From an archaeon (lineage in GTDB: Archaea > Asgardarchaeota > Thorarchaeia > Thorarchaeales > Thorarchaeaceae), in the NCBI GenBank assembly GCA_024275415.1, contig JAJRZD010000050.1:25433-57432 (forward strand): a stretch of DNA of 32,000 bases, read 5' to 3'. Shown one piece after another: positions 16,118 through 24,593 of this stretch. The notes beneath the pieces were generated by a model. The model was given only the letters and a program-made list of their open reading frames with translations, was not told the DNA's origin and ran no database searches. A program made the translations under genes and the position numbers. Position 1 is the stretch's first letter. Every line of letters begins with the position of its first letter.

Positions 16118-17524
16118 ATGAAAGGTCTGGACATTATGCTTAACCCAAAGGTCACTGCAGTAGTGGGTGTGTCAACCTCGAACCCATTCTCACCCGGAAA
16201 TGTGATTTTCAGAAAGCTCTGCTTTGAGAATGGCTTGCCGACATATCCAATCAACCCCCGAGGTGGAACCGTAGAAGGTCAGAAGGTCTACAAGTCGCTG
16301 TCAGAGGCTCCTAACGACATCGAGATGGTCGTGATATCCGTACCTGCAAGGTTCGTGCCCAGTGTGCTTGAGGACTGCGGGCAAAAGAAGATCAAGGCTG
16401 TCATTGTCGTTTCAGGTGGTTTCAGCGAAACTGGCGAGTCCGGCTCGTCTTTACAGGACGAAATCATCGAGATCGCAAAGAAGCATGGTATCACAATGGT
16501 CGGACCCAACTGCATCGGTGTGTTTGTCCCTGACAGACTCGATACGTTCTTCCTACCTTCCGAGAGAGTTGCAAGGACTCGAAAGGGATCAGTAGTACTC
16601 ATCTCCCAAAGCGGCGGGTGGTTGATAGAACGACTGGAGGAGTTCGCCTCACGTGATGTCGGTGTCGCTGCTGCTATATCTATCGGCAATGCTGCTCAGA
16701 CCAAGGTCTATGATTTCATCGAGCATTTCGGCAACGACAATGAGGTCACTGCTATCGTCTGTTATATCGAGGGCTTTGGCGAGGGTGAAGGACGGAAATT
16801 CGCAAAGATTTCGTCAAAGGTCGCTGAGAAGAAGCCCGTTATCGTACTCAAGGGTGGGCAATCAGAGGCTGGACATCGTGCGACTCAAAGTCATACCTCG
16901 TCATTGGCTGGCAGCGCTCAAGTGACTTCTGCAGCGTTCAAGCAGTTTGGGGTCATCGAGGCAGCCGACGAGGATGAGGTGATGGCGTATTCCAAAGTGT
17001 TCTCATTCCCGTTCAGACCAATGAAGAAGAACAGACTTGGTTGTCTTACAGTCAGCGGTGGTCATGGTGTTATAGCCACTGACGAGGCAGACTACTACGG
17101 CCTTGAGTTCCCTCAGTTCACTGAGGAAGACCAGGAGGCAATGAGAAAGATGGTCACTGAGGCATATCAGGGAATCGCATCCTTCCGCAATCCCTGCGAC
17201 CTGACAGGAAGTGCCTCGGATGTGGACTATGAAGGTGTCTTGCGAGTCATGCTGAACATAGATTATGTCGATGCCGCACTGCTCCTCTTGCTCCCCTATG
17301 CACCAGGGATATCCCTTCAAATTGGCGCAAGGGTCGCCAATGTGGCCAAGACCAAGAGCAAACCAATCGTGGCATATGTGCCGGATCTTGACAAGTACGA
17401 GGTCATCATCCGAGGTTTCGAAATAAATGGGATTCCTTGTGCAGATACGATTGAAGAGGCAGTCCAGATGCTGAATGGTATTTGGAAGCGATCCCAGTAC
17501 CTGCATCGTGTGGGCAAGCTCTAA
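16118..17524 (+). CDS. acdA: Acyl/acetate-CoA ligase (ADP-forming) alpha subunit
   Basis: CoA-binding domain (VAVVGVS, YPINP, VVISVPA, GGFSE, GPNCIG), ISQSG, SIGN, YIEG, VLKGG, phospho-His motif SHTSSLAG, NPCDLTG. Substrate specificity cannot be determined from sequence. Confidence 0.9.
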   Translation: MKGLDIMLNPKVTAVVGVSTSNPFSPGNVIFRKLCFENGLPTYPINPRGGTVEGQKVYKSLSEAPNDIEMVVISVPARFVPSVLEDCGQKKIKAVIVVSGGFSETGESGSSLQDEIIEIAKKHGITMVGPNCIGVFVPDRLDTFFLPSERVARTRKGSVVLISQSGGWLIERLEEFASRDVGVAAAISIGNAAQTKVYDFIEHFGNDNEVTAIVCYIEGFGEGEGRKFAKISSKVAEKKPVIVLKGGQSEAGHRATQSHTSSLAGSAQVTSAAFKQFGVIEAADEDEVMAYSKVFSFPFRPMKKNRLGCLTVSGGHGVIATDEADYYGLEFPQFTEEDQEAMRKMVTEAYQGIASFRNPCDLTGSASDVDYEGVLRVMLNIDYVDAALLLLLPYAPGISLQIGARVANVAKTKSKPIVAYVPDLDKYEVIIRGFEINGIPCADTIEEAVQMLNGIWKRSQYLHRVGKL

Positions 17525-17527
17525 CTA

Positions 17528-18655
17528 TCATTGCCCCTTTGCAATTTTCAGGTAATCGAGATCCAGCGATTCCAGATGTTCGCGCAGCTCACCGGTGATT
17601 GTCAATGGGATGGCAGCTAGGTCTTCCACCTTCTCACAACCCGTGAGATACATCGCAGTCCTAAGACCTTCGAGATGAAGCTCTATCTCCGCAATGACAT
17701 CCTGTGTCGTGCCATTCACAGCTGGTTCTAGGAATGGATATGCCATTCCTGCGGCAGTCGCCCCGAGTGCCAGTGTCTTGGCAATATCGACACCAGAACG
17801 GATGCCACCAGTGGCGACCACATCTAATTTGGTCACGTCGGTCACAAGGATAAGGCTCAGAGCAGTGGGGATTCCCCAATCCCAGAACGTGAGCCCAAGC
17901 TGTGCTTTGATCGAGTCGTTCTCTCTAAGCGCCCGATAGTACTCTACAGCAGCCCAGCTCGTTCCACCAACGCCACCTATGTCAATGGCTGAGACGCCGG
18001 CTGCCTCTAGTGCCATCGCCACCTCAGATGAGATACCAGCTCCGGTTTCTTTCACCATTACAGGGACATCGACAGACTCGACTATCAGCGCGATGTTGTC
18101 TACCACGCCCATGGAATTACAATCACCTTCAGGCTGGATAGCCTCTTGAAGTGGGTTCAGGTGTATCGCCAAGATATCGGCATCGATCATCTCTACGGCA
18201 TCGGCAGCTACATCTACATGGGTCGCACCGATGTTTGCAATGATTGGTACGTTCGGTGCAGCATCCCTGACCACCCTAAAGGACTCGATCAGATCTGGGT
18301 TTTCGATGCCCGCACGTTGACTGCCAACCCCAATCGGTATCTTCATCTCCTCTGCTGCCTCTGCAAGTCGCTTGTTAATGGCTGTGGTGTCAGGATGACC
18401 TCCTGTCATCGCTGCAATCACCAACGGGGCACCTGCATGTAGACCAATGAAGTTGGTGGTTAGGTCTATGGCGTCTTTGTCAATCTCAGGCAACGCTTTG
18501 TGGACAAAACCTACATCTTCAAGAAGTGTCGTTCGATTGCACTGGACATTCTCTTGCAGACATATCTCAATGTGCTCGATCTTCCTGCGTTTGGTCATAA
18601 CAGATTCTTCGATGAGGTCGTTTCCATCATTCTCGACAGGCTTGCCTTTTGACAT
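17528..18655 (-). CDS. fni: Type 2 (FMN-dependent) isopentenyl-diphosphate delta-isomerase
   Basis: RKIEHIEIC, AMTGG, GVGSQR, HLNPLQE, KETGAG, GGTSW, DWGIPT and ATGGIRSG motifs. The true start may be the downstream MTKRRK Met. Confidence 0.96.
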   Translation of the reverse strand: MSKGKPVENDGNDLIEESVMTKRRKIEHIEICLQENVQCNRTTLLEDVGFVHKALPEIDKDAIDLTTNFIGLHAGAPLVIAAMTGGHPDTTAINKRLAEAAEEMKIPIGVGSQRAGIENPDLIESFRVVRDAAPNVPIIANIGATHVDVAADAVEMIDADILAIHLNPLQEAIQPEGDCNSMGVVDNIALIVESVDVPVMVKETGAGISSEVAMALEAAGVSAIDIGGVGGTSWAAVEYYRALRENDSIKAQLGLTFWDWGIPTALSLILVTDVTKLDVVATGGIRSGVDIAKTLALGATAAGMAYPFLEPAVNGTTQDVIAEIELHLEGLRTAMYLTGCEKVEDLAAIPLTITGELREHLESLDLDYLKIAKGQ

Positions 18656-18786
18656 GGGCTATCCTTCGCTAAATCCATAATAAACCTAACACTTTGGTAT
18701 CGATGCGTTACACCATCGCTCCAAAAACTTGCGTGATGCGAAGAATTTATCCACCGCATGGATACAAACCTATGCGGGCGCATAGC

Positions 18787-19335
18787 ATGGATGAAGAGAT
18801 AAAATATCGCGTAGAGAAAGAAGATGAACCAGAAACCAAGACAACAAAACGGAAATCGGTCTTCTTCGAACCTCTCCCAGAATCAAAAAAAGCGGTTATA
18901 GGAGAAGGAAAGAACAAGGCAATCACAACGCTCTTAGGCATAACTATGTACGAGCGTACACGAGATATTCTTGTCCTCATTCTGGTTCCTCTCTCTGTGG
19001 CATTGATTGACGCGAATCTTTACGCGCTCGTCGTGATTGATGTTCTACCCGACTCGACAATCTACCTCTTCGTTCTCCCAGCTTTGGCTGCAATCCCGAT
19101 AGGGCTCACAGCCGGAAAGACAAGCCATGGAGCCATCGGTGGCATCGTGTGTACGGTGTTCTTCTTGATTTTCCTAGAGCTGTTCTTCATCACGCCAGCA
19201 TTTATGGCTCCGGATGCACCCTTTGGCGAATTTGTATTAGCCGGACTGTGGATCAATTTCGTATACATGTTCTTCCTCGTGTTCGCCTCTCTCTTAGGAT
19301 CGTTGGTCGGCACTCTCCTGAGAGAGTTCTTCTGA
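18787..19335 (+). CDS. Hypothetical integral membrane protein (~4 TM helices)
   Basis: Charged N-terminal region then four hydrophobic Gly/Ala-rich segments. ATG 18787 is preferred over the track's 18694, which would leave almost no divergent promoter space with fni. Confidence 0.8.
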   Translation: MDEEIKYRVEKEDEPETKTTKRKSVFFEPLPESKKAVIGEGKNKAITTLLGITMYERTRDILVLILVPLSVALIDANLYALVVIDVLPDSTIYLFVLPALAAIPIGLTAGKTSHGAIGGIVCTVFFLIFLELFFITPAFMAPDAPFGEFVLAGLWINFVYMFFLVFASLLGSLVGTLLREFF

Positions 19336-19462
19336 TTACGAATGGTGTTACCCAGCAAGAATCCCATATGTTAACCAATGAGATCCTCCACACAGCGCGT
19401 TTGAATTTCTCAGAGTCCCAATCAAGAATCAATAGGATGATACTATGAAAAGTTGAGAGCCC

Positions 19463-19481
19463 AAAAGAAAAAGGCTAAATA
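19463..19481 (+). promoter_or_regulatory. Putative BRE/TATA promoter of the purine cluster
   Basis: Purine-rich AAAAGAAAAAGG followed by CTAAATA, ending ~24 nt before the purN ATG; no SD motif, consistent with a leaderless transcript. Confidence 0.55.
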
Positions 19482-19504
19482 CGCACATCGAACGGAACGT
19501 TTGC

Positions 19505-20110
19505 ATGTGCAAGATTGGTGTGTTGGTAAGTGGTCGTGGCACCAATCTCCAGGCCCTGCTTGACGCTCAGAATGAAGGGAATCTCGGGGGAGAGGTAGTT
19601 CTTGTCGTTAGCAACCGGAGCGGAGCGAAGGGGTTAGAACGAGCAAGAGCTGCTGGCATCAAGACCGAGGTCTTGACTCGGCTCCACTATCCCGACAAAG
19701 ACGAATATGATGCCAAGCTAATCGAGGTTCTCATCGAGAACAACATCGACTTGGTAGTACTGGCGGGATTCATGCGAATCCTCACTGAACGGTTCATCTT
19801 AGCATTCGAGAATAAGATCATCAACATTCACCCTTCACTTCTGCCAGCGTTCAAGGGGGTAAGGGCACAATGGCAGGCGGTAGATTACGGGGTCAAGATA
19901 TCTGGATGCACAACTCATTTTGTTGACCGTGATATCGATGCAGGTCCCATCATCATGCAGCGGGCAGTCCCTGTCGCCTCTGACGATGATGGTGATTCAT
20001 TGGCGGAGCGGATTCTTGAGCACGAGCATGAGATCCTTGTGGAATCAGTCCGTCTGTTCTGTGAGAATCGGTTAGAGATACGCGGTAGGAAGGTCATAAT
20101 AAAGGAGTGA
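19505..20110 (+). CDS. purN: Phosphoribosylglycinamide formyltransferase (folate-dependent)
   Basis: VLVSGRGTNLQA, VVSN, LAGFMRIL, INIHPSLLPAFKG, SGCTTHFV, DAGPII motifs. Confidence 0.97.
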   Translation: MCKIGVLVSGRGTNLQALLDAQNEGNLGGEVVLVVSNRSGAKGLERARAAGIKTEVLTRLHYPDKDEYDAKLIEVLIENNIDLVVLAGFMRILTERFILAFENKIINIHPSLLPAFKGVRAQWQAVDYGVKISGCTTHFVDRDIDAGPIIMQRAVPVASDDDGDSLAERILEHEHEILVESVRLFCENRLEIRGRKVIIKE

Positions 20111-20116
20111 TGAATG

Positions 20117-21514
20117 ATGTGTGGCGTTCTAGGATTGCTGGGCGGGCACTCGATACCATTTGCCAAGGACTTGCTTCTATTGTTGACTCATCGGGGTCAG
20201 GATGCATCCGGATTGCTCTGGGTCGATTCGGATGGGTACAGGTCGAGCAAGACGATGGGACACCCTGCCATGATAGAAGTGCCGAATGCGCGCAGTGAGA
20301 TTATCATTGGGAGCACGAGGTACCCGACCTGCGGCAAAAAGGTCGTTTCAAAGGATGACCTGATGACCTTCGTGGGACCGTTCTCGAGAGAGAGTATTGC
20401 GCTGACACACAACGGGAACATCACGAACATGAAAAGGATAACGAACGCAGGATACGAGTGTGATTCCGAGTTCATCACTGACAGGCTGGCAGAACTCCTT
20501 TCGCAGAACGACGGGAATCTCACCCGTGCATTTCGTGAACTCGATAAAGAGATTGATGGTGCGTATAGCCTGGTCGGCATTCATAATGGCGTCCTTTTCG
20601 CTTATCGGGACGCAAGGGGGTTCAAGCCCCTCGTCTTTGGACGTACCGAGAGTCACACTGTTGTCGCATCCGAGAGTACGGTCTTGGATATGGCAGGGGC
20701 GACGCTTGAAAGGGATGTGTATCCCGGCGAGCTGTTACTCTTCTATCCCGATATGTCAATGGAATCGCACTCTATCGCTCAAGGGCGGACGCATTCGCAC
20801 TGCTTCTTTGAGTACGTCTATTTCGCTCATCCCGCCGCCACGATTGAGAACCAACTTGTGTATGACACACGGTTCCGATTGGGTAGGGCTCTCGCCCAGA
20901 GATTCAGGAAAATGTCTCTCGAGATGCCAGATTACGTTGTACCGGTGCCCGACACCAGCAGACCAGCATCACAGGCATTAGCTGAGGAACTTGGGGTTCC
21001 TATGCGGGAGATTATCCTCAAGAACCGTTATCTTGGTAGGACGTTCATCGCACGTTCACAGGAAGAGAGAGATGCGATGGCAAAGACCAAGTACATCTAC
21101 CTTGAGGACAAGATCCGTGGGAAGACCATCTTGGTGGTGGATGACAGTATCGTCAGAGGAACCACCGCGAAGATGATCGTAGCAGACCTGAAGAAACGAG
21201 GTGCCTCGAAAGTCTATTTTGCAGCTACCTGTCCACCGCAGACGCATCCATGCTATTACGGGATTGACATCGCCACAGACAAGGAACTCATAGCCTCTGA
21301 CACTTCGATTGAAGGTATCGCGAAGTACATTCAGGCTGATGCCCTGATCTATCAGGAGATGGTGGGGCTTGTTAATGCTATCGGGATCAAGGATGTCTGT
21401 CTGGCTTGTCTTGATGGCGAATATCCAACAAGGTATGCAAGGCAGATCAGAGAGAACATCGAGGTCAGTGGTTCTTCATCGATGGGAAGGGATTACGAGA
21501 GGTCATTTGAATGA
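20117..21514 (+). CDS. purF: Amidophosphoribosyltransferase (Fe-S type)
   Basis: N-terminal MCG nucleophile (start 20117 rather than 20114), HRGQDASG, HNGNITN, CFFEYVYF, PVPDT, VVDDSIVRGTT, CYYGID, CLACLDGEYP. Confidence 0.97.
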   Translation: MCGVLGLLGGHSIPFAKDLLLLLTHRGQDASGLLWVDSDGYRSSKTMGHPAMIEVPNARSEIIIGSTRYPTCGKKVVSKDDLMTFVGPFSRESIALTHNGNITNMKRITNAGYECDSEFITDRLAELLSQNDGNLTRAFRELDKEIDGAYSLVGIHNGVLFAYRDARGFKPLVFGRTESHTVVASESTVLDMAGATLERDVYPGELLLFYPDMSMESHSIAQGRTHSHCFFEYVYFAHPAATIENQLVYDTRFRLGRALAQRFRKMSLEMPDYVVPVPDTSRPASQALAEELGVPMREIILKNRYLGRTFIARSQEERDAMAKTKYIYLEDKIRGKTILVVDDSIVRGTTAKMIVADLKKRGASKVYFAATCPPQTHPCYYGIDIATDKELIASDTSIEGIAKYIQADALIYQEMVGLVNAIGIKDVCLACLDGEYPTRYARQIRENIEVSGSSSMGRDYERSFE

Positions 21515-22464
21515 GGATTGGAACTATTGCTAGTCATAGCGCATTGAATATTATCTCAGGAGCAAAAACAGAAGGCTTTGAAACAGTCCTTCTCTCTACA
21601 CCGAACCGCACCGAGTTCTACAGGTCTATGGATTCAAACGGCGAAATCATTGAAGTGGATTCATTTGCTGACATCCTCTCAATACAACTGGACGACGTGG
21701 TATGGATCCCGCACGGATCTTTCGTTGCATATATCGGAGCCCAGCGGATTCTCGAATCAACATTGCCATTGTTCGGGAACAAGGAGTTGCTGAAATGGGA
21801 GGAGGATCGTCAGCTGAAAGCAAAGTTGCTTCACGAGAGTGGGCTGGAAACCCCTCTTGAGTTCGATGATGTTAATGATATTGATCGTCCGGTCATTGTC
21901 AAGACCTATGGTGCAGCAGGTGGTGAGGGATACTTCATTGCCAAGGACAAGGATGAGGTTCTAAAGAACATCCCATCTGACAAACAGTACTCGATACAGG
22001 AATATGTCGTGGGCACGAAGGTCTTTGTCACCTACTTTAACTCATTGGCAAAGGACAGGCTTGAAGTCTTTGGAGCTGATATTCGCTATGAGACCGACGC
22101 TGATGCGAATTTGCGATTCGACGACCGTCCATCCTTCGTGGTCATCGGCAACCTCCCGATGGTGCTACGTGAATCTACTCTTCACAGGTATTACGAGATT
22201 GGCAAGAACTTCATCGAAGGGTTCAGGAGGCTCACAGGTCAAGAGCTGCCAGGACCTTTCTGTATAGAAACCATAATCGACAGGGATCAGAGGATCTGTG
22301 CTTTCGAGTTCAGTGGGCGCATCGTTGCCGGGACGAACATCTGGATTCCCTCATCGCCCTATTCGTTTCTCCAGTTCGGTGAGGAGATGTGGATGGGAAA
22401 ACGCATCGCACGAGAGATTGGAGAACTAATGCAGGAGGACAGGCTGGATGAAGCCATTTTATAG
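21511..22464 (+). CDS. purP: FAICAR synthetase PurP (ATP-grasp, formate-dependent)
   Basis: IASHSALNI, PHGSFVAY, LFGN, GAAGGEGYF, RYE, GNLPMVLRES, GPFCIE, EFSGRIVAGTN. ATGA overlap with purF. Confidence 0.88.
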   Translation: MRIGTIASHSALNIISGAKTEGFETVLLSTPNRTEFYRSMDSNGEIIEVDSFADILSIQLDDVVWIPHGSFVAYIGAQRILESTLPLFGNKELLKWEEDRQLKAKLLHESGLETPLEFDDVNDIDRPVIVKTYGAAGGEGYFIAKDKDEVLKNIPSDKQYSIQEYVVGTKVFVTYFNSLAKDRLEVFGADIRYETDADANLRFDDRPSFVVIGNLPMVLRESTLHRYYEIGKNFIEGFRRLTGQELPGPFCIETIIDRDQRICAFEFSGRIVAGTNIWIPSSPYSFLQFGEEMWMGKRIAREIGELMQEDRLDEAIL

Positions 22465-22536
22465 CAAGACTTACAAGATTTCGACTGATACTGCGCGTTA
22501 CAGGTACGCTTGGTCATTCATTTCTGAGGGGCGGCT

Positions 22537-23610
22537 ATGACACGACCGACAATTGGAATGCTTGGCTCTCACAGCGCCGAGGAGATTGCTGTGTCCGCCA
22601 AGTCACACGGGTTCCAGACTGTAGTAGTCTGTCAGAAAGGCAGGGAACGTCTGTATACCGTATACAACAAGCATCTCTACGACTATATCTTCGTGCTTGA
22701 CCGATTCGGCGACCTCATCCATGATGAAACGCAATCAAAATTGCAGGAACTCGGTACCCTTTGGGTTCCGAATAGGTCTTTCTCGGTGTACGTAGGCTAT
22801 GATAACATCGAGCAGAAGTTCACACTCCCGCTCTATGGCAACCGAAACATCCTGCGTACGGAAGATCGGGGCTTGCCAAAGGATCAGTACTGGCTTTTGC
22901 AGGAGTCGGGAGTACGGATTCCACGTTCATTCTCTCCTGATGAGATAGATAGGCTGGTCATCGTAAAAGTGCAGCAGAAGGAGAACCCTCTTGAGAGGGC
23001 GTTCTTCTATGCCTCGAGTCCCGCAGAATATGATGAGAGATCGCGGATGCTCATCGAGAACGGCAGCATCGGGGAGGACGACCTGAAAGGTGCTATCATC
23101 GAAGAGTTTGTGATTGCCCCACGGTTCAATGCCAACTTTCAAGCTTACGGGCTCGATGACATATTTGGGTCGCTTGATTTTGTTGGGTTCGATGACCGTG
23201 TTCAGACCAATCTCAGCGGTCTACTGAATCTGCCTGCGAGGGATCAGTTGGCGCTCGACCTCATCCCCGTGAACGAGGAAGTCGGACACAAGGGGGTCAC
23301 GATGAGAGAGAGCAAGAAACCTTTAGTCTATGACGCTGCAGAACGGCTGCTGGATGGCGTTAGAGAGCATTTCCCGCCCAAGATGATTGGCCTTTTTTCC
23401 CTCCAAGGTGCTCTCACTGAAGAATCTGAGTTTGTTGTATTCGATTTGAGCCCACGGGTTCCGGGAGCACCGTGTGTTGGCCCGACTAGCCCTGAGATGA
23501 GGAGACTAAGCCTTAAGATGAAACAACCGATTCAGTCCCCCTTGGATCTGTGCATGATTGAGATTGACAGAGCTGTACATGAAGATCGCATTGAAGATAT
23601 TACAACGTAA
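22537..23610 (+). CDS. PurP-like paralog (ATP-grasp), second archaeal PurP clade
   Basis: LGSHSAEEI, PNRSFSVY, YGNR, ERAFF, EVGHKGVTMRES, GLFSLQG, DLSPRVPG. Same fold as PurP but with altered active-site motifs. Confidence 0.85.
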   Translation: MTRPTIGMLGSHSAEEIAVSAKSHGFQTVVVCQKGRERLYTVYNKHLYDYIFVLDRFGDLIHDETQSKLQELGTLWVPNRSFSVYVGYDNIEQKFTLPLYGNRNILRTEDRGLPKDQYWLLQESGVRIPRSFSPDEIDRLVIVKVQQKENPLERAFFYASSPAEYDERSRMLIENGSIGEDDLKGAIIEEFVIAPRFNANFQAYGLDDIFGSLDFVGFDDRVQTNLSGLLNLPARDQLALDLIPVNEEVGHKGVTMRESKKPLVYDAAERLLDGVREHFPPKMIGLFSLQGALTEESEFVVFDLSPRVPGAPCVGPTSPEMRRLSLKMKQPIQSPLDLCMIEIDRAVHEDRIEDITT

Positions 23611-23624
23611 GGAGACGATGACCT

Positions 23625-24593
23625 GTGAAACTGCTACATGAAGGAAAAGCAAAGCGAGTGTACATTGATGACTCGTCACCTGATAATGTCGTAATCGAGT
23701 TTATTGACAATGTGACTGCCGGTGACGGTGCGAAACACGATGTTCTGGAAGGGAAAGGGAAACTTGCGTGTGACCTCACAGCATTCTTCCTCAAGTCCCT
23801 CCAGAAGAAGGGAATCGAGACCCATCTTGTGAAAGTACTGGATGACACGAGGATGCGGTGTAAAAAGGTAGAAATCCTTCCAGTTGAAGTGGTGTGCAGG
23901 AACATCGCAGCAGGCTCGTTCTGTAGGAGATACGGCATCGAGAAAGGGACAGTACTTGCAGAGCCCTTGGTCGAGTTCTTCTTGAAAGATGACAGCCTAC
24001 ATGACCCTCTTATCACATCCGATGCTGCTGTCAACCTTGGACTAGTGACACATTCTGAGATCCAATTCTTGAGAGCGCTAACACTCTCCGTGAACCACTA
24101 CCTCTCAGAGCTGTTCAAACAGGTCAATCTTGTTCTGGTGGACTTCAAACTCGAGTTCGGTAAAACGACTGAAGGTGTGATACTGCTTGCTGACGAGATT
24201 TCCGGAGATACTATCCGAGTCTGGGATGAGAAAGGCGAGTCGTTTGACAAGGATCTCTATCGGGATGATGAAGGTGACATCAGAGTCGCGTACTCACATC
24301 TGATCGAGTTGCAACAACAGATGGACATCGATGCAGTGCCTGTGCGAGAAGAGGTCATCCATGTGATAGTCCAGCCCAAGGACGGTATCAAGAACCCTCC
24401 AGGCGAAGTAACAAGGAAAGCATTGTCGCGACTGGGATTTACAAACCTGCGAGACGTACGGGTCGGCAAAGTGTTCGAGATTCATCTATCCAAGCCAATC
24501 ACATCAGCGGTACTTGACCAGCTGACACTCATGAACATGAAACTGCTCTCGAACCCTGTCGCTGAGAAACACCATGTGAGGCTAGATTTGTGA
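23625..24593 (+). CDS. purC: PurC-PurS fusion: SAICAR synthetase with C-terminal FGAM synthase PurS subunit
   Basis: PurC motifs EGKAK, VTAGDG, PVEVVCRN..AGS, EFFLKDD..HDP, LVDFKLEFG, LADEISGD..R.WD, DKD. The last ~80 aa (V.V.PKDGIKNPPG...ALSRLGF...VRVGKVFEI...KLLSNPV.E) match PurS in the same uninterrupted frame. GTG start. Confidence 0.93.
   Translation: MKLLHEGKAKRVYIDDSSPDNVVIEFIDNVTAGDGAKHDVLEGKGKLACDLTAFFLKSLQKKGIETHLVKVLDDTRMRCKKVEILPVEVVCRNIAAGSFCRRYGIEKGTVLAEPLVEFFLKDDSLHDPLITSDAAVNLGLVTHSEIQFLRALTLSVNHYLSELFKQVNLVLVDFKLEFGKTTEGVILLADEISGDTIRVWDEKGESFDKDLYRDDEGDIRVAYSHLIELQQQMDIDAVPVREEVIHVIVQPKDGIKNPPGEVTRKALSRLGFTNLRDVRVGKVFEIHLSKPITSAVLDQLTLMNMKLLSNPVAEKHHVRLDL

Noticed and set aside
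18747-18755. TTATCCACC resembling a bacterial DnaA box
   Set aside because: It is a single mismatched copy in an archaeal context with no clustered boxes or AT-rich unwinding element.
18694-18786. 31-aa N-terminal extension of the membrane protein
   Set aside because: It is non-protein-like and would leave only 38 nt for two divergent promoters.
19336-19504. Possible purine/ZTP/PRPP riboswitch upstream of the pur cluster
   Set aside because: No recognisable conserved stems, and the TATA box position implies a leaderless purN transcript with no room for a riboswitch.
20108-20113. Tandem TGA TGA after purN (and TGA TAG after fni) as possible selenocysteine or readthrough signals
   Set aside because: Both proteins are already full length for their families, and double stops argue against readthrough.
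20300-20335. PurF GSTRYPT instead of the usual GHxRY motif
   Set aside because: It is a single substitution; Cys1, the Arg-Tyr pair, the PRPP loop and the Fe-S cysteines are intact, so there is no evidence of altered function.
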